Source of the DNA: Candidatus Saccharimonadales bacterium
GTDB taxonomy: Bacteria; Patescibacteriota; Saccharimonadia; Saccharimonadales; UBA10212
Length of the DNA: 64,000 nt
Direction: 5' to 3'
Assembly: GCA_035480715.1 (NCBI GenBank)
Contig: DATIHL010000011.1
Span: 14,722 to 78,721 of the forward strand
Numbering within the stretch: the first letter of the stretch is position 1; the number at the start of each line of letters is the position of its first letter. Both the position numbers and the translations under genes were made by a program. The notes beneath the pieces are model-generated. The model made no database searches, was not told the DNA's origin, and worked only from the letters and a program-made list of their open reading frames with translations. This document shows, in pieces, positions 49,032 to 58,600 of the stretch.

Positions 49032-52000
49032 ACCTTTTTTGTGTCAGGGGTGTCGTTAGAGCTGTCAGTTAATCTAACGGTAGTGTTTTTTGGAATTATT
49101 CCATATGTACAGCTTGTAGATGTTGTAGTACACAATACTACATTCGTATCTGTTCTAGTCAGAGTATAAGTTGTACCTGAGGTACCACCCGACCAACTTG
49201 CACTAATTTGAGTGGCCGTGTTTATGATTAGCGGCCCCACCGCCGCTTGCGTAAAATTTACGGTTACCGGATCGCTTGTCGAATCATAAAGAACACTATC
49301 CGTAACTTGTGCCGTAACTGTTCCGCTGCCACTTGATGTCGGATTATAGCTTAGCGATACCGTATCAGAAGGATCCGAGACGGATTTTGAGCCAACAAGC
49401 TGGCCATTTACGTAGAAATTAACTGTGCCGGGGTATTGCGAATACTGTGAATCATTAAATGGATGAGTGCCGGCCTGCACGAATGCTGTGAACGTACAGT
49501 TTGAGCTACAGTTCTGATCAGCCACTGTCAAAGTTATACTGGGCCGCGTGTCGCCGCAGCTATGTACATCATCCGACGTAGAAGTATCCGCTGAGGCAGA
49601 CGAGGCTCCCGCACCTGGTGGATAGAAGATATCCGCCGAGAAGCTGGTCGGCGCTGCACTACCACCCAAAGTCTGCTTAGCCAAAGTTGGTGTACAGTTT
49701 GTGGCCAGCTTACCAGATACTTTATCAATGGTGGCATTCTGATTACTGGCTCCTTTAGCTTTATACCATGACGGATAGATCTCGGTACTTGGAGTTGGTT
49801 CGACCGACCCGATACCGATGTGCGTACGCACGACATAGGCAGGCAGATGTTGTATATCCGAAGGCTCCGTCCAGTTTACTGCAGAAGTATGCAGCGAATC
49901 TAAAGCTGCAGTCATAAAACCGCGCGTCAATGGGGTGGTGGAGTATTCCATAGCACCAGAAAGAGCCTTATTGCGTGTATGGTAGCCAACCCAGCTGCCA
50001 ACAGCGAACTGAGTGTTCCAGGACATCATCAAACCATCAAAACCATTGGCCGTTGTTCCGGTTTTAATGGCATTGTTCCAGCCATTGTATCGATGCCACT
50101 TGTAGTATCCTGCCGGTAGGTAGCTGGCATTAGGGTCAGAGGCCATATTGTTTACAATATATGCCGCATCCGGCCTGACGGCTTGTTTAACATCGGCGTC
50201 GCCTTTTTTAGGTTGTTTCCATTCGTAGAAAGGCTTAGTGCTGCTTTTTGAGTCATAAAGTTTGAGGATGTAGGTCGCTGGGATTGCTTGACCCATGCGC
50301 GCCAAAGTGGCCAATCCATTGACATGCTGGTCCAAGTGCAGGTAAGCGCCATCACCGATAGCTGAAGCCCCATAGCACTGGGTTTCATCGGCTTTAGTGG
50401 CGGTATTGACATCCACTCCCGGGTTGTAGCACTTATATGCTCCCGGCGCGGACATCATCGAATTAGCAGTGCTTATAGTTTTATTGACAGAAGCTGTAGT
50501 ATTGCCTGCCACCGTTGATAGCATAGCTTTAACTGCTGGCACGTTTCTTGATCCACCCAGAGCGTAGCGTAATGTTTCTGGCCCCGGATAGCGAAAATCA
50601 TAATCCCACAAACAATTACCGCCAGAATTGCCCCCATTAAACGACGGCTTGGCTTTATTCGAACATGTGTATCCAGGAAGAGGTTGCTGGACGTCATATA
50701 ACACTGAACCTGCACCGGCGTTGGAAGTATTGTCTATTAAAGCAGCATAATCATATGGTTTAAAGCTCGATCCGGGCGAAATGTTGGTTTGAGCATAATT
50801 TATCTGACCGTGCTCAGCATTGCTAAAATCGGTACCGCCAACTAGTGCTATCATTTGTCCGGTTTTAACATCTTCAGCCACCAAAGCTTCTTCGTCGGCA
50901 CCGTGGGAGAGAGCGTTGGAACGGTTTTTCTGTACCACATCTTCTGCGATGTGCTGGAGGTTCATATCCAGAGTAGTAATAACTTTCCAGCCACCAATCT
51001 TATTCGAACCCGGTCCTTTGGGAGCCCACTTGTTAATAATTTCGTTCTTAGCTGCCAGTACAAAGTATGGCGCCTGAATACCAGCATATTTTGTTTGTTG
51101 GGGCTGCACTTCTGCTAAAACGTCGACATTCTTCGCATCAGCTGCTTCCTTTTTGGTTATCTTTCCTTGTGTCGCCATTTGATCTAGCACATAGTTATAC
51201 CGACCAAGAAATTCTTTCCGGTTAAAGTATTCGCCGCTATAAGGCGAGTAAAGACTGGGTGATTTAGGAATGGCGGCTAGCATGGCGGCTTCGGGTAGAG
51301 TCAAGTCTTTAGCGCTCTTATGGAAGTAGTCAGCCGCTGCTACTTGAACACCGTAGTCAATGCTCCCGTAGGGCGCAGCATTCAAATAACCTGTCAGTAT
51401 TTCGTCTTTGGTATAAGTTCGTTCAAGCTCGACCGCCAGAATCAGCTCCTTAACTTTGCGCGAGAATGTCCGCTGTTGTTGCCAGTCTTGAGTTAGCTTT
51501 ACCAGCTGCTGAGTAATGGTCGAACCGCCTTGAGTGCTGCCGTGATGAAGAGTATCGTTTAGGGCTGCCCTAGTTATGCCTCTAACGTCAAAGCCGCGAT
51601 GGTTATAAAAATCCTTGTCCTCGACTGCAACAGTGGCTTCCTTAACGTACTTAGAAATTTCTTCGGTTTGAACTGGTACGCGTTTAACAGCGTTGTAATC
51701 CTGCCAAAGCAGAACCTTGCCCGTGCGGTCATAATAACTAATGCTGCCGCCAAGGCTACTACCAGAAATATCCTTGATGTCAGGCAGATCTTTGCGGAAA
51801 TAGGCAAAGACGCCCAAAGTCAGAACAAATATAAACAGTACGGCAATCCCAGTAATCTTTAGCGCCATAATGCCGCCGTCGCGGCTAAGCCAGTATTCGG
51901 CTAAGCGTTTTGGATGCATTCGCCAGGCAAGTCTTTTAAGACGTGACTTTGGCAGGCCGCGCATCCGTTGCAGTTTGCGCAAGGTCTTGGCTTCTTTCAT

Positions 52001-52117
52001 GTGAGTGAAGCGTTCACCCATAGAGCGGTTAACCTTAAGCACGCGCCCAGTACGGGTCGTTATAGGCTTGCCGCGTCGCAAAGGTCGCTTTGGCATTCCA
52101 AAACCCTTCTTATTCAT
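49028..52117 (-). CDS. Class A penicillin-binding protein (transglycosylase/transpeptidase) with C-terminal Ig-like domains
   Basis: EDKDFYNH, GGSTITQQL, RKVKE, SSFK (SxxK), SRN (SxN), KTGT; basic N-terminus; S/T-rich beta C-terminus. Confidence 0.93.
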   Translation of the reverse strand: MNKKGFGMPKRPLRRGKPITTRTGRVLKVNRSMGERFTHMKEAKTLRKLQRMRGLPKSRLKRLAWRMHPKRLAEYWLSRDGGIMALKITGIAVLFIFVLTLGVFAYFRKDLPDIKDISGSSLGGSISYYDRTGKVLLWQDYNAVKRVPVQTEEISKYVKEATVAVEDKDFYNHRGFDVRGITRAALNDTLHHGSTQGGSTITQQLVKLTQDWQQQRTFSRKVKELILAVELERTYTKDEILTGYLNAAPYGSIDYGVQVAAADYFHKSAKDLTLPEAAMLAAIPKSPSLYSPYSGEYFNRKEFLGRYNYVLDQMATQGKITKKEAADAKNVDVLAEVQPQQTKYAGIQAPYFVLAAKNEIINKWAPKGPGSNKIGGWKVITTLDMNLQHIAEDVVQKNRSNALSHGADEEALVAEDVKTGQMIALVGGTDFSNAEHGQINYAQTNISPGSSFKPYDYAALIDNTSNAGAGSVLYDVQQPLPGYTCSNKAKPSFNGGNSGGNCLWDYDFRYPGPETLRYALGGSRNVPAVKAMLSTVAGNTTASVNKTISTANSMMSAPGAYKCYNPGVDVNTATKADETQCYGASAIGDGAYLHLDQHVNGLATLARMGQAIPATYILKLYDSKSSTKPFYEWKQPKKGDADVKQAVRPDAAYIVNNMASDPNASYLPAGYYKWHRYNGWNNAIKTGTTANGFDGLMMSWNTQFAVGSWVGYHTRNKALSGAMEYSTTPLTRGFMTAALDSLHTSAVNWTEPSDIQHLPAYVVRTHIGIGSVEPTPSTEIYPSWYKAKGASNQNATIDKVSGKLATNCTPTLAKQTLGGSAAPTSFSADIFYPPGAGASSASADTSTSDDVHSCGDTRPSITLTVADQNCSSNCTFTAFVQAGTHPFNDSQYSQYPGTVNFYVNGQLVGSKSVSDPSDTVSLSYNPTSSGSGTVTAQVTDSVLYDSTSDPVTVNFTQAAVGPLIINTATQISASWSGGTSGTTYTLTRTDTNVVLCTTTSTSCTYGIIPKNTTVRLTDSSNDTPDTKKV

Positions 52118-52236
52118 TGAGTGATTTCATCTCCTACTAGGAATTCATTATACCAAAATGCTTAGGATGGGATAGGGTTGAGTCTCTTACGATATACTAT
52201 GATATAAGTAACGACTATTTAGCTGAGAAATAACTT

Positions 52237-53478
52237 ATGACTTTTAGTGAAGATTTAGCCCGGCGCGGACTGATAAAAGATAAGACTTTTTCCGATTTAA
52301 CCTGGCTTGATGAGCCAAAGATATTTTATCTAGGCGTGGATGCTTCGGCTGACAGCCTAACGATTGGTAACTTAGCAGCTTTCTTATTGGCGCGGCGACT
52401 ACTTGATGCAAACTGGAAAGCAGTACTGCTAGTCGGCGGTGCGACTAGTTTAATAGGCGACCCCAAAATTACCGAGGAACGTGAGCTCAAACCCCGCGAA
52501 GAGATATTAAAAAATGTAGAAGCCATAAAAAAACAGGTTGCCCAGTTGTTCGCGGGCGAGCATTTTACCCCAGCCGATAACTACGAATGGTTCAAGGACG
52601 TCAAATATTTGGATTTTCTCCGCGAAATTGGCAAAAGTTTTTCTATGACAGAGCTCATGCAGCGCGAGTTCGTCACCGAACGTATGGGTGAAGGTGGCAG
52701 CGGTATCAGTTATGCCGAGTTTAGCTATTCTTTGATTCAAGGGTACGACTACTGGCAGCTGTTCAAAAATCACGGCACTGTTTTACAGATTGGTGGTTCA
52801 GACCAATGGGGGAATATGCTTTCTGGCGTGGCACTGGTTCGCAAAAAAGAAGGCAAAGAAGTTCATGCTCTAAGCATGCCTCTGGTTGTTAATAAAGAAA
52901 CCGGTACTAAGTTCGGTAAAAGCGAGGGCGGGGCGATTTGGCTTGATCCCCAAAAGACCACACCAACCCAGTTTTACCAATTCTGGATTAACATAGATGA
53001 TGCCGACGTCGAAAATTACTTAAAAGTCTTCACGCTGCTGCCAAAAGAACAAATCGAGCAAGTGATATTGGAGCATAAGAACGATCCGGGCACCCGCAAA
53101 GCCCAAAACCTGCTGGCTGAGGAAGTGACTAAATTGGTTCACGGCCAAGACCAGAGTGGCTCGGCCACAGGAGTTACAAAATACTTAACAGGTCAAGCAT
53201 CTATAGGAGACGCTTCGGATGAAGACCTCGCTGAAATTAGAAAGGAAATCCCGCACACTACGGCTGGCGATGTCGGCAGCATCATTGATGCTCTGGTGCA
53301 GACAGAGTTGATACCATCAAATTCTATGGCTAGAACTGTGCTAAACAACAAAGGGATCTACGTAAATGGTCAAAATGTAACGAGAGACAGTTTCGAACCC
53401 AAAGATTTTCAAAATGGTCGTCTAATATTGCGCCGAGGCAAAGCCTATAAAGATTCTGCACTAATAGAGATCGAATAG
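52237..53478 (+). CDS. tyrS: Tyrosine--tRNA ligase
   Basis: YLGVD-SADSL, QGYD, QIGGSDQWGN, KFGKSEG, C-terminal S4 domain. Confidence 0.96.
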   Translation: MTFSEDLARRGLIKDKTFSDLTWLDEPKIFYLGVDASADSLTIGNLAAFLLARRLLDANWKAVLLVGGATSLIGDPKITEERELKPREEILKNVEAIKKQVAQLFAGEHFTPADNYEWFKDVKYLDFLREIGKSFSMTELMQREFVTERMGEGGSGISYAEFSYSLIQGYDYWQLFKNHGTVLQIGGSDQWGNMLSGVALVRKKEGKEVHALSMPLVVNKETGTKFGKSEGGAIWLDPQKTTPTQFYQFWINIDDADVENYLKVFTLLPKEQIEQVILEHKNDPGTRKAQNLLAEEVTKLVHGQDQSGSATGVTKYLTGQASIGDASDEDLAEIRKEIPHTTAGDVGSIIDALVQTELIPSNSMARTVLNNKGIYVNGQNVTRDSFEPKDFQNGRLILRRGKAYKDSALIEIE

Positions 53479-54252
53479 ATGGCCAAAACTAGTACCAAGA
53501 AAACTCGAAAGGCCGACCAGTACGACGATCCAAAGTATAATTATCAGGATTACTGGGCGGGACGTGAGTACGAACACTCGGCGGAAGAAATGGCCATCAA
53601 GCGCATGCTCAAAGGACTGCATTTTAAACATGCTGTCGATGTGGGTGGTGGTTATGGTCGCCTGAGCAAATTTTTGACCAATTTTGCCGACAAAGTTACA
53701 TTAGCTGAACCTAGCCAACAACAACTTGATATCGCCGCTATTTATCTTAAAGATACGCCACAAGTAGAGCAAAAGCTTCTGCAAGCAGCAGATTTAAAAA
53801 TGAAGGAATCTTCCGCAGACCTAGTCTTAGTTGTAAGGGTATTGCATCACTTGCCCGATCCGCTGGCCGAATTAAAAGAAATTTCTCGCATACTAAAGCC
53901 TGGCGGCATATTTATTTTAGAATTTGCCAACGATGCACACTTTCTAAACCGTATTCGCTACGGAATCAGGGGTAAGGGAGTACCTACGGCCCCCGTCGAT
54001 ATCCGCTCAGAAGCCAATAAAAAAGCCGGCGAGATTCCCTTCGTTAATCATCATCCCAAATACATTATTAAACTCCTCGGGGAGGCTGGTTTTGAAGTCG
54101 AAACTGCCCTGAGTGGCTCAAATCTACGCTCACCAAGCCTTAAAAAAGTCTTAGGCAAAAATGTTTTGCTTGGATTAGAGAAAGTTATGCAACCTATGCT
54201 AGCTCCAATCTATTTCGGCCCTAGCGTCTGGCTCCGCCTCAAGAAAAAGTAA
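53479..54252 (+). CDS. Class I SAM-dependent methyltransferase
   Basis: DVGGGYGR, VLHHLPDP, RILKPGG. Confidence 0.9.
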   Translation: MAKTSTKKTRKADQYDDPKYNYQDYWAGREYEHSAEEMAIKRMLKGLHFKHAVDVGGGYGRLSKFLTNFADKVTLAEPSQQQLDIAAIYLKDTPQVEQKLLQAADLKMKESSADLVLVVRVLHHLPDPLAELKEISRILKPGGIFILEFANDAHFLNRIRYGIRGKGVPTAPVDIRSEANKKAGEIPFVNHHPKYIIKLLGEAGFEVETALSGSNLRSPSLKKVLGKNVLLGLEKVMQPMLAPIYFGPSVWLRLKKK

Positions 54253-54273
54253 TAGCTTGTTACACTGTAGTTA

Positions 54274-56310
54274 GTGACACTATCAACACCGATTGATGAG
54301 CTTAAAGGGGTGGGGGATGAGCTGGCGAAGAAGCTGGTTAGCCTTGGAGTTAAAACTGTTGGCGATCTTATTACTAATTATCCGCGACGCTACGATGATT
54401 ATTCCAACGTTATAGCAATTAAAAGCCTGAGACCGGGCGATGTAACGCTAGAGGCGCAAATTAGCCACGTAAATGGCCGTTATGTGCGGCGTGGCATGCA
54501 TATTACCGAAGCCATAGCTGTAGATAAAACCGGTAGCGTGCGGCTTGTCTGGTTCAATCAACCATACCGGGCTGGCGCAATTAAAGCCGGGCAACCATAT
54601 TACGTATCCGGCGAGTATGCGCTTAGACGCGCTCGCTTTAGCATTATTAATCCTTCAGTTGAGTTGGTTAGCGATTTTCCGGTAAATACTGCCCGCATCA
54701 TCCCAATTTACCGTGAAACTAAAGGTCTAAAGTCTTTTACGATTCGTAAACTAATCAGACAGGCAATAACGGATACGGGAGAGCTGGAAGACCACCTGCC
54801 GGCATGGCTTATAAAAGAGCAAAAACTAATGAATTTTGCCGATGCGGTGATGGAAATGCACTTCCCAAGCTCGCCGGAGGCTCTGCAGAAAGCTAAGCGA
54901 CGTCTTGGATTTGAAGAAGTGTTTGAGCTAACGCTCGCTGCTTTGCTCAACAAATATGAACTCTATCAAAACAAAGCGCTAGCCATACCGTTTCATGAAG
55001 AGTTGGCGCGCGATTTTGTAGAAAAGTTGCCTTTTAAGCTGACTGATGCCCAACGAAAGACCACCTGGCAAATTTATCAAGATATGGCCAAAAGTCAGCC
55101 AATGAACCGACTTTTGGAGGGCGATGTGGGCTCGGGCAAGACAGTTGTAGCCGCAATGGCGGCATTGATGGCGCTGAAGCAAGGCTTTCAGGCAGCGCTA
55201 ATGGCTCCAACTGAGATTTTGGCTCGTCAGCACGCCGACAGTTTGTATAAACTACTGGCGAATGTTGATTATCAGAACCATGTAGGATTACTGATCGGAG
55301 GGTTAAAACCCAAAGAAAAGGCCGAAGCCAGAAAACGGATAGCGGAAGGCGATATTGGCTTAATGGTCGGTACTCATGCCCTGATTGCCGAGCAGGTAGA
55401 TATGCATAAACTCGGGCTGATTATTGTTGACGAGCAGCACCGCTTTGGCGTCGAACAGAGGAAGAAACTGCAAGCCAAAGCCGGCCACATGCCGCATGTA
55501 CTGCATATGACGGCCACTCCCATTCCGCGCAGCCTGGCTCTAACACTTTACGGCGAACTTGATATTTCGATCCTTGATGAAATGCCGCCCGGTCGCCAGT
55601 CGATCATTACAAAAATTTGGTCGCCTAATTCGCGCAAGCAGCTTAATGATCAGATAGACAAAGAGCTGGAAGCCGGCAGGCAAATGTTCGTGGTTTGCCC
55701 ATTGATCGAAGACTCTGAAACGAGCAACGGATTGTCTGTCGAAGAAGTTTATGAGCGGATCAGCAAACACGATTTTAAGCATCGAAAAGTAGGTTTATTG
55801 CACGGGCGTTTAAAGTCGGCCGAAAAAGACGCAGTTATGCAAAAATTCTTAAATCAGGAATATGATATTTTGGTCAGCACAACAGTTATAGAAGTCGGCG
55901 TAGATGTACCTAACGCTACGATCATGGTGGTTGAAGGCGCTGAACGATTTGGATTAGCCCAAATTCATCAGCTGCGTGGACGAGTGGGTCGCAGCGAGGA
56001 CCAAAGCTATTGTTATTTGATCCCGAGCGATAGTAGAGCTCCTAGCCAGCGCTTAAAATCACTAGAAAATACAACCGATGGCTTTAAGTTGGCCGAACTT
56101 GATCTGCAACTACGTGGACCAGGGGCCATTTATGGCAAGATGCAGCACGGCGCGCTTGATCTACGAGTGGCTAATTTAACAGATATAAAACTGATTGCCG
56201 CTGCCCGAAACGCCGCCCAAAAATTCATCGACCAAAAAGAAAACCTAGCTAGGTATCCGCATCTAGCACAACGTGTCTCTACGCTCCGGGCTATTACTAA
56301 CTTAAACTAG
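54274..56310 (+). CDS. recG: ATP-dependent DNA helicase RecG
   Basis: GDVGSGKT, DEQHRFG, TATPIPR, QLRGRVGR, RGPG. Confidence 0.97.
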   Translation: MTLSTPIDELKGVGDELAKKLVSLGVKTVGDLITNYPRRYDDYSNVIAIKSLRPGDVTLEAQISHVNGRYVRRGMHITEAIAVDKTGSVRLVWFNQPYRAGAIKAGQPYYVSGEYALRRARFSIINPSVELVSDFPVNTARIIPIYRETKGLKSFTIRKLIRQAITDTGELEDHLPAWLIKEQKLMNFADAVMEMHFPSSPEALQKAKRRLGFEEVFELTLAALLNKYELYQNKALAIPFHEELARDFVEKLPFKLTDAQRKTTWQIYQDMAKSQPMNRLLEGDVGSGKTVVAAMAALMALKQGFQAALMAPTEILARQHADSLYKLLANVDYQNHVGLLIGGLKPKEKAEARKRIAEGDIGLMVGTHALIAEQVDMHKLGLIIVDEQHRFGVEQRKKLQAKAGHMPHVLHMTATPIPRSLALTLYGELDISILDEMPPGRQSIITKIWSPNSRKQLNDQIDKELEAGRQMFVVCPLIEDSETSNGLSVEEVYERISKHDFKHRKVGLLHGRLKSAEKDAVMQKFLNQEYDILVSTTVIEVGVDVPNATIMVVEGAERFGLAQIHQLRGRVGRSEDQSYCYLIPSDSRAPSQRLKSLENTTDGFKLAELDLQLRGPGAIYGKMQHGALDLRVANLTDIKLIAAARNAAQKFIDQKENLARYPHLAQRVSTLRAITNLN

Positions 56311-56348
56311 TTTTTATTGCTCAAATAAGCTAAAATACCTCTGTTAAC

Positions 56349-56433
56349 GGGCGGATGGCGGAATTGGTAGACGCGCCAGGTTTAGGACCTGGTACCGCAA
56401 GGTGTGGAGGTTCAAGTCCTCTTCCGCCCACCA
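56349..56433 (+). tRNA. tRNA-Leu (anticodon TAG)
   Basis: Acceptor stem GGGCGGA/TCCGCCC; anticodon arm CCAGG-TTTAGGA-CCTGG; long variable arm; TTCAAGT T-loop; encoded CCA. Confidence 0.96.
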
Positions 56434-56445
56434 ACAGGAGAGTTT

Positions 56446-57189
56446 ATGGAATATCTAAGAGTAGATCACGAATCAAAGGTTCCGCCGATGAAGCGGATTG
56501 GAGTTGTCGGAGGCTTTAGCCAATGGGCCACGCATGACGTTATCGGGAGAATCTTAAAATACTCTGCCTCACGCATTCCTCAGTATGGGAACAGAGGATA
56601 TCCGCCTATGGATCAGAGGTGGGTAAATCGTGCGCCTATGAAGCTTAATACGGACGGGAGCATGCCTGCAAAACTCGAACCGTCAGATGAATTGCTTGCC
56701 GCAGCTAAGTTTGTGGGTAATGATTCGGATTTTTTAATTATTCCTTCGAACACTCCCCACTTCTTCAAAAAAGAAATTGAAGAAGCGGCAGGCAAATCTC
56801 TACTAAGTATAGTCGACTTGGCGATCGAAGAAGTTGCTCGCAGACAATCAGCAAAAGTTGGCATAATGGCAATTGGGCCGACGCTCAATAGACGGCTTTA
56901 TCAAAATCCGCTCGAGGAGAAGGGATTCACTACGGTCGTGCTCTCTCAAGAACTTTCAGAGAAATTGGACGAAGAAGGCGTATATGCCATCCAGGAAGGA
57001 GTTCCGGCAGGCAAAGTAGGTAAGGTTGCCTTTGAGGCACTATCGTATCTCCGAAAACAAGGCTCGGATTCGGTTATTCTTGGTTGTTCTGAGATTCCTA
57101 TTTTGCTTGGGGCAGACTCGGAAGCTCCATATATTATCAATCCCTCACAACTTCTCGCTGAGGCCGCCGTCGAAAAAGCACTTAGTTAG
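56446..57189 (+). CDS. Aspartate/glutamate racemase family protein
   Basis: IGVVGG, PSNTPH, LLSIV, VILGCSEIP; AGGAG SD immediately after the tRNA. The ORF-track start at 56404 lies inside the tRNA. Confidence 0.85.
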   Translation: MEYLRVDHESKVPPMKRIGVVGGFSQWATHDVIGRILKYSASRIPQYGNRGYPPMDQRWVNRAPMKLNTDGSMPAKLEPSDELLAAAKFVGNDSDFLIIPSNTPHFFKKEIEEAAGKSLLSIVDLAIEEVARRQSAKVGIMAIGPTLNRRLYQNPLEEKGFTTVVLSQELSEKLDEEGVYAIQEGVPAGKVGKVAFEALSYLRKQGSDSVILGCSEIPILLGADSEAPYIINPSQLLAEAAVEKALS

Positions 57190-57923
57190 GCTAGCTTCTT
57201 GAGTTCTTGGTAGCGGAGGGCGGAGGCAACTGAATAAAAGATTCCTAGGATGAACGAAATTAGCCAACCGATTAATGGAATAATACCTATCAGCGAGATA
57301 AGGAACATCACTCCAATAACACCCCAAACGCTACCAGAATAAGGTTTGCTCATGGCCGCACTGCGGTCCATGGCTTCGCGTATACCAACTTTTTTATCCA
57401 ACATTACATAGGGTGATAGAAAATACCTGCGAATAAATATTAAGCCAGGTACGACCAGTAGAAGTAGTCCTACTAATATAGTCAGACCAACTACTATATA
57501 TAGTCCTGCCATACGCCAACCAAGCTGCTTTGTAGTCTTCCAGATCCTATCGAATGTAACCGACTTGCCTTCTGATGCCTCTAACTGAGCTGCCTGGAGC
57601 ATAATTTGCACAATAAGCCCGCCAACTACTGCAATGATAAACCATAAAACAGAAAAACCTATAAAGGCGTAATTTGTATAAATTGGTGCGGGTGATGACG
57701 TCCATCCTGGGCCGATTGAGCTAAAATTACCCCACCAATGATGATGAGCCTCCGGTCCTGCCGGAGACCAAATCCAAGAATGAAGCATAAAAATCAGGGG
57801 CAGAATGTAGAGCGGCCCAAATATCCAGATGTTTTTAAGGACTAAATCGCGACTTTGACCAAACAAATCAAAAGACGGCGTCAAGTGGAGTGGCGAGCCT
57901 TGTCTTGGTCTGTTTTTGGCCAT
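57186..57923 (-). CDS. Hypothetical integral membrane protein
   Basis: Multiple TM segments, LLLVVPGL…YFLSPYVMLD…AMDRS pattern; ATG (MAKN) preferred as start. Confidence 0.75.
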   Translation of the reverse strand: MAKNRPRQGSPLHLTPSFDLFGQSRDLVLKNIWIFGPLYILPLIFMLHSWIWSPAGPEAHHHWWGNFSSIGPGWTSSPAPIYTNYAFIGFSVLWFIIAVVGGLIVQIMLQAAQLEASEGKSVTFDRIWKTTKQLGWRMAGLYIVVGLTILVGLLLLVVPGLIFIRRYFLSPYVMLDKKVGIREAMDRSAAMSKPYSGSVWGVIGVMFLISLIGIIPLIGWLISFILGIFYSVASALRYQELKKLA

Positions 57924-57985
57924 TTCATTAATAACTATCGCACTTCCTCCATTTCTAAGCAATAAGAATAGCGTATACTTATTTC

Positions 57986-58576
57986 ATGGAATTGGAGCAT
58001 AGGCAAAGATATTTTGAAGCAGTTTATAATTACGCTGTCATGTTATTCCAAAGACATAACGAGATACGTGAGTTTAATGCAGGATTACTAAAGGCTTCTG
58101 GTCTAGCTCATAAAGCGTGGAGCACAGTACTGAAAGAGCAAAAATATGAAGCCTATATGCCGGTGTACAAGGCTAATAGAAGTGATACAAGGGTTGATGG
58201 TTTTGAATTAGGTACCCATTTTGGAGTGAGGTTGAGTCTTGACGACGAGTTGGCTCAAGGTGTCCAACCTTTAGATGTAATAGTAGTCGATTTTTCGGAG
58301 GGTAGATCTATTATTAACGAGTTTTCACACCATGCTTGGCCAATTGAATTAGTCGTGGAGTCAATGAGAAGCTCGAACGATTCAATAAATGATTTTCGGA
58401 GATGGCTGCCAACGGCGGAATTCGACTCTGAACAAATGGCGAGCTTAATGTCAGATTTGCGAATAATTGAAAGAAAGTGCAAGAATTACCTATTTCCTCA
58501 AAAAACATTATCAATAGGCAGACTTCTAGATCTTACAGGTGAGTCTATTACGCATAAAACATCTGAAGCTAACTAA
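57986..58576 (+). CDS. Hypothetical protein
   Basis: 196-aa ORF with TATACT 6 nt before the ATG; no motif recognised. Confidence 0.65.
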   Translation: MELEHRQRYFEAVYNYAVMLFQRHNEIREFNAGLLKASGLAHKAWSTVLKEQKYEAYMPVYKANRSDTRVDGFELGTHFGVRLSLDDELAQGVQPLDVIVVDFSEGRSIINEFSHHAWPIELVVESMRSSNDSINDFRRWLPTAEFDSEQMASLMSDLRIIERKCKNYLFPQKTLSIGRLLDLTGESITHKTSEAN

Positions 58577-58600
58577 ACAGAATGTATAATTAAAGCAATT

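Noticed and set aside
56404-56445. ORF-track start of the racemase
   Set aside because: It lies inside tRNA-Leu. The ATG at 56446 has an AGGAG SD.
56349-58600. Prophage or integrative element at tRNA-Leu
   Set aside because: No integrase, no phage genes, and no duplicated tRNA 3' end found by eye.
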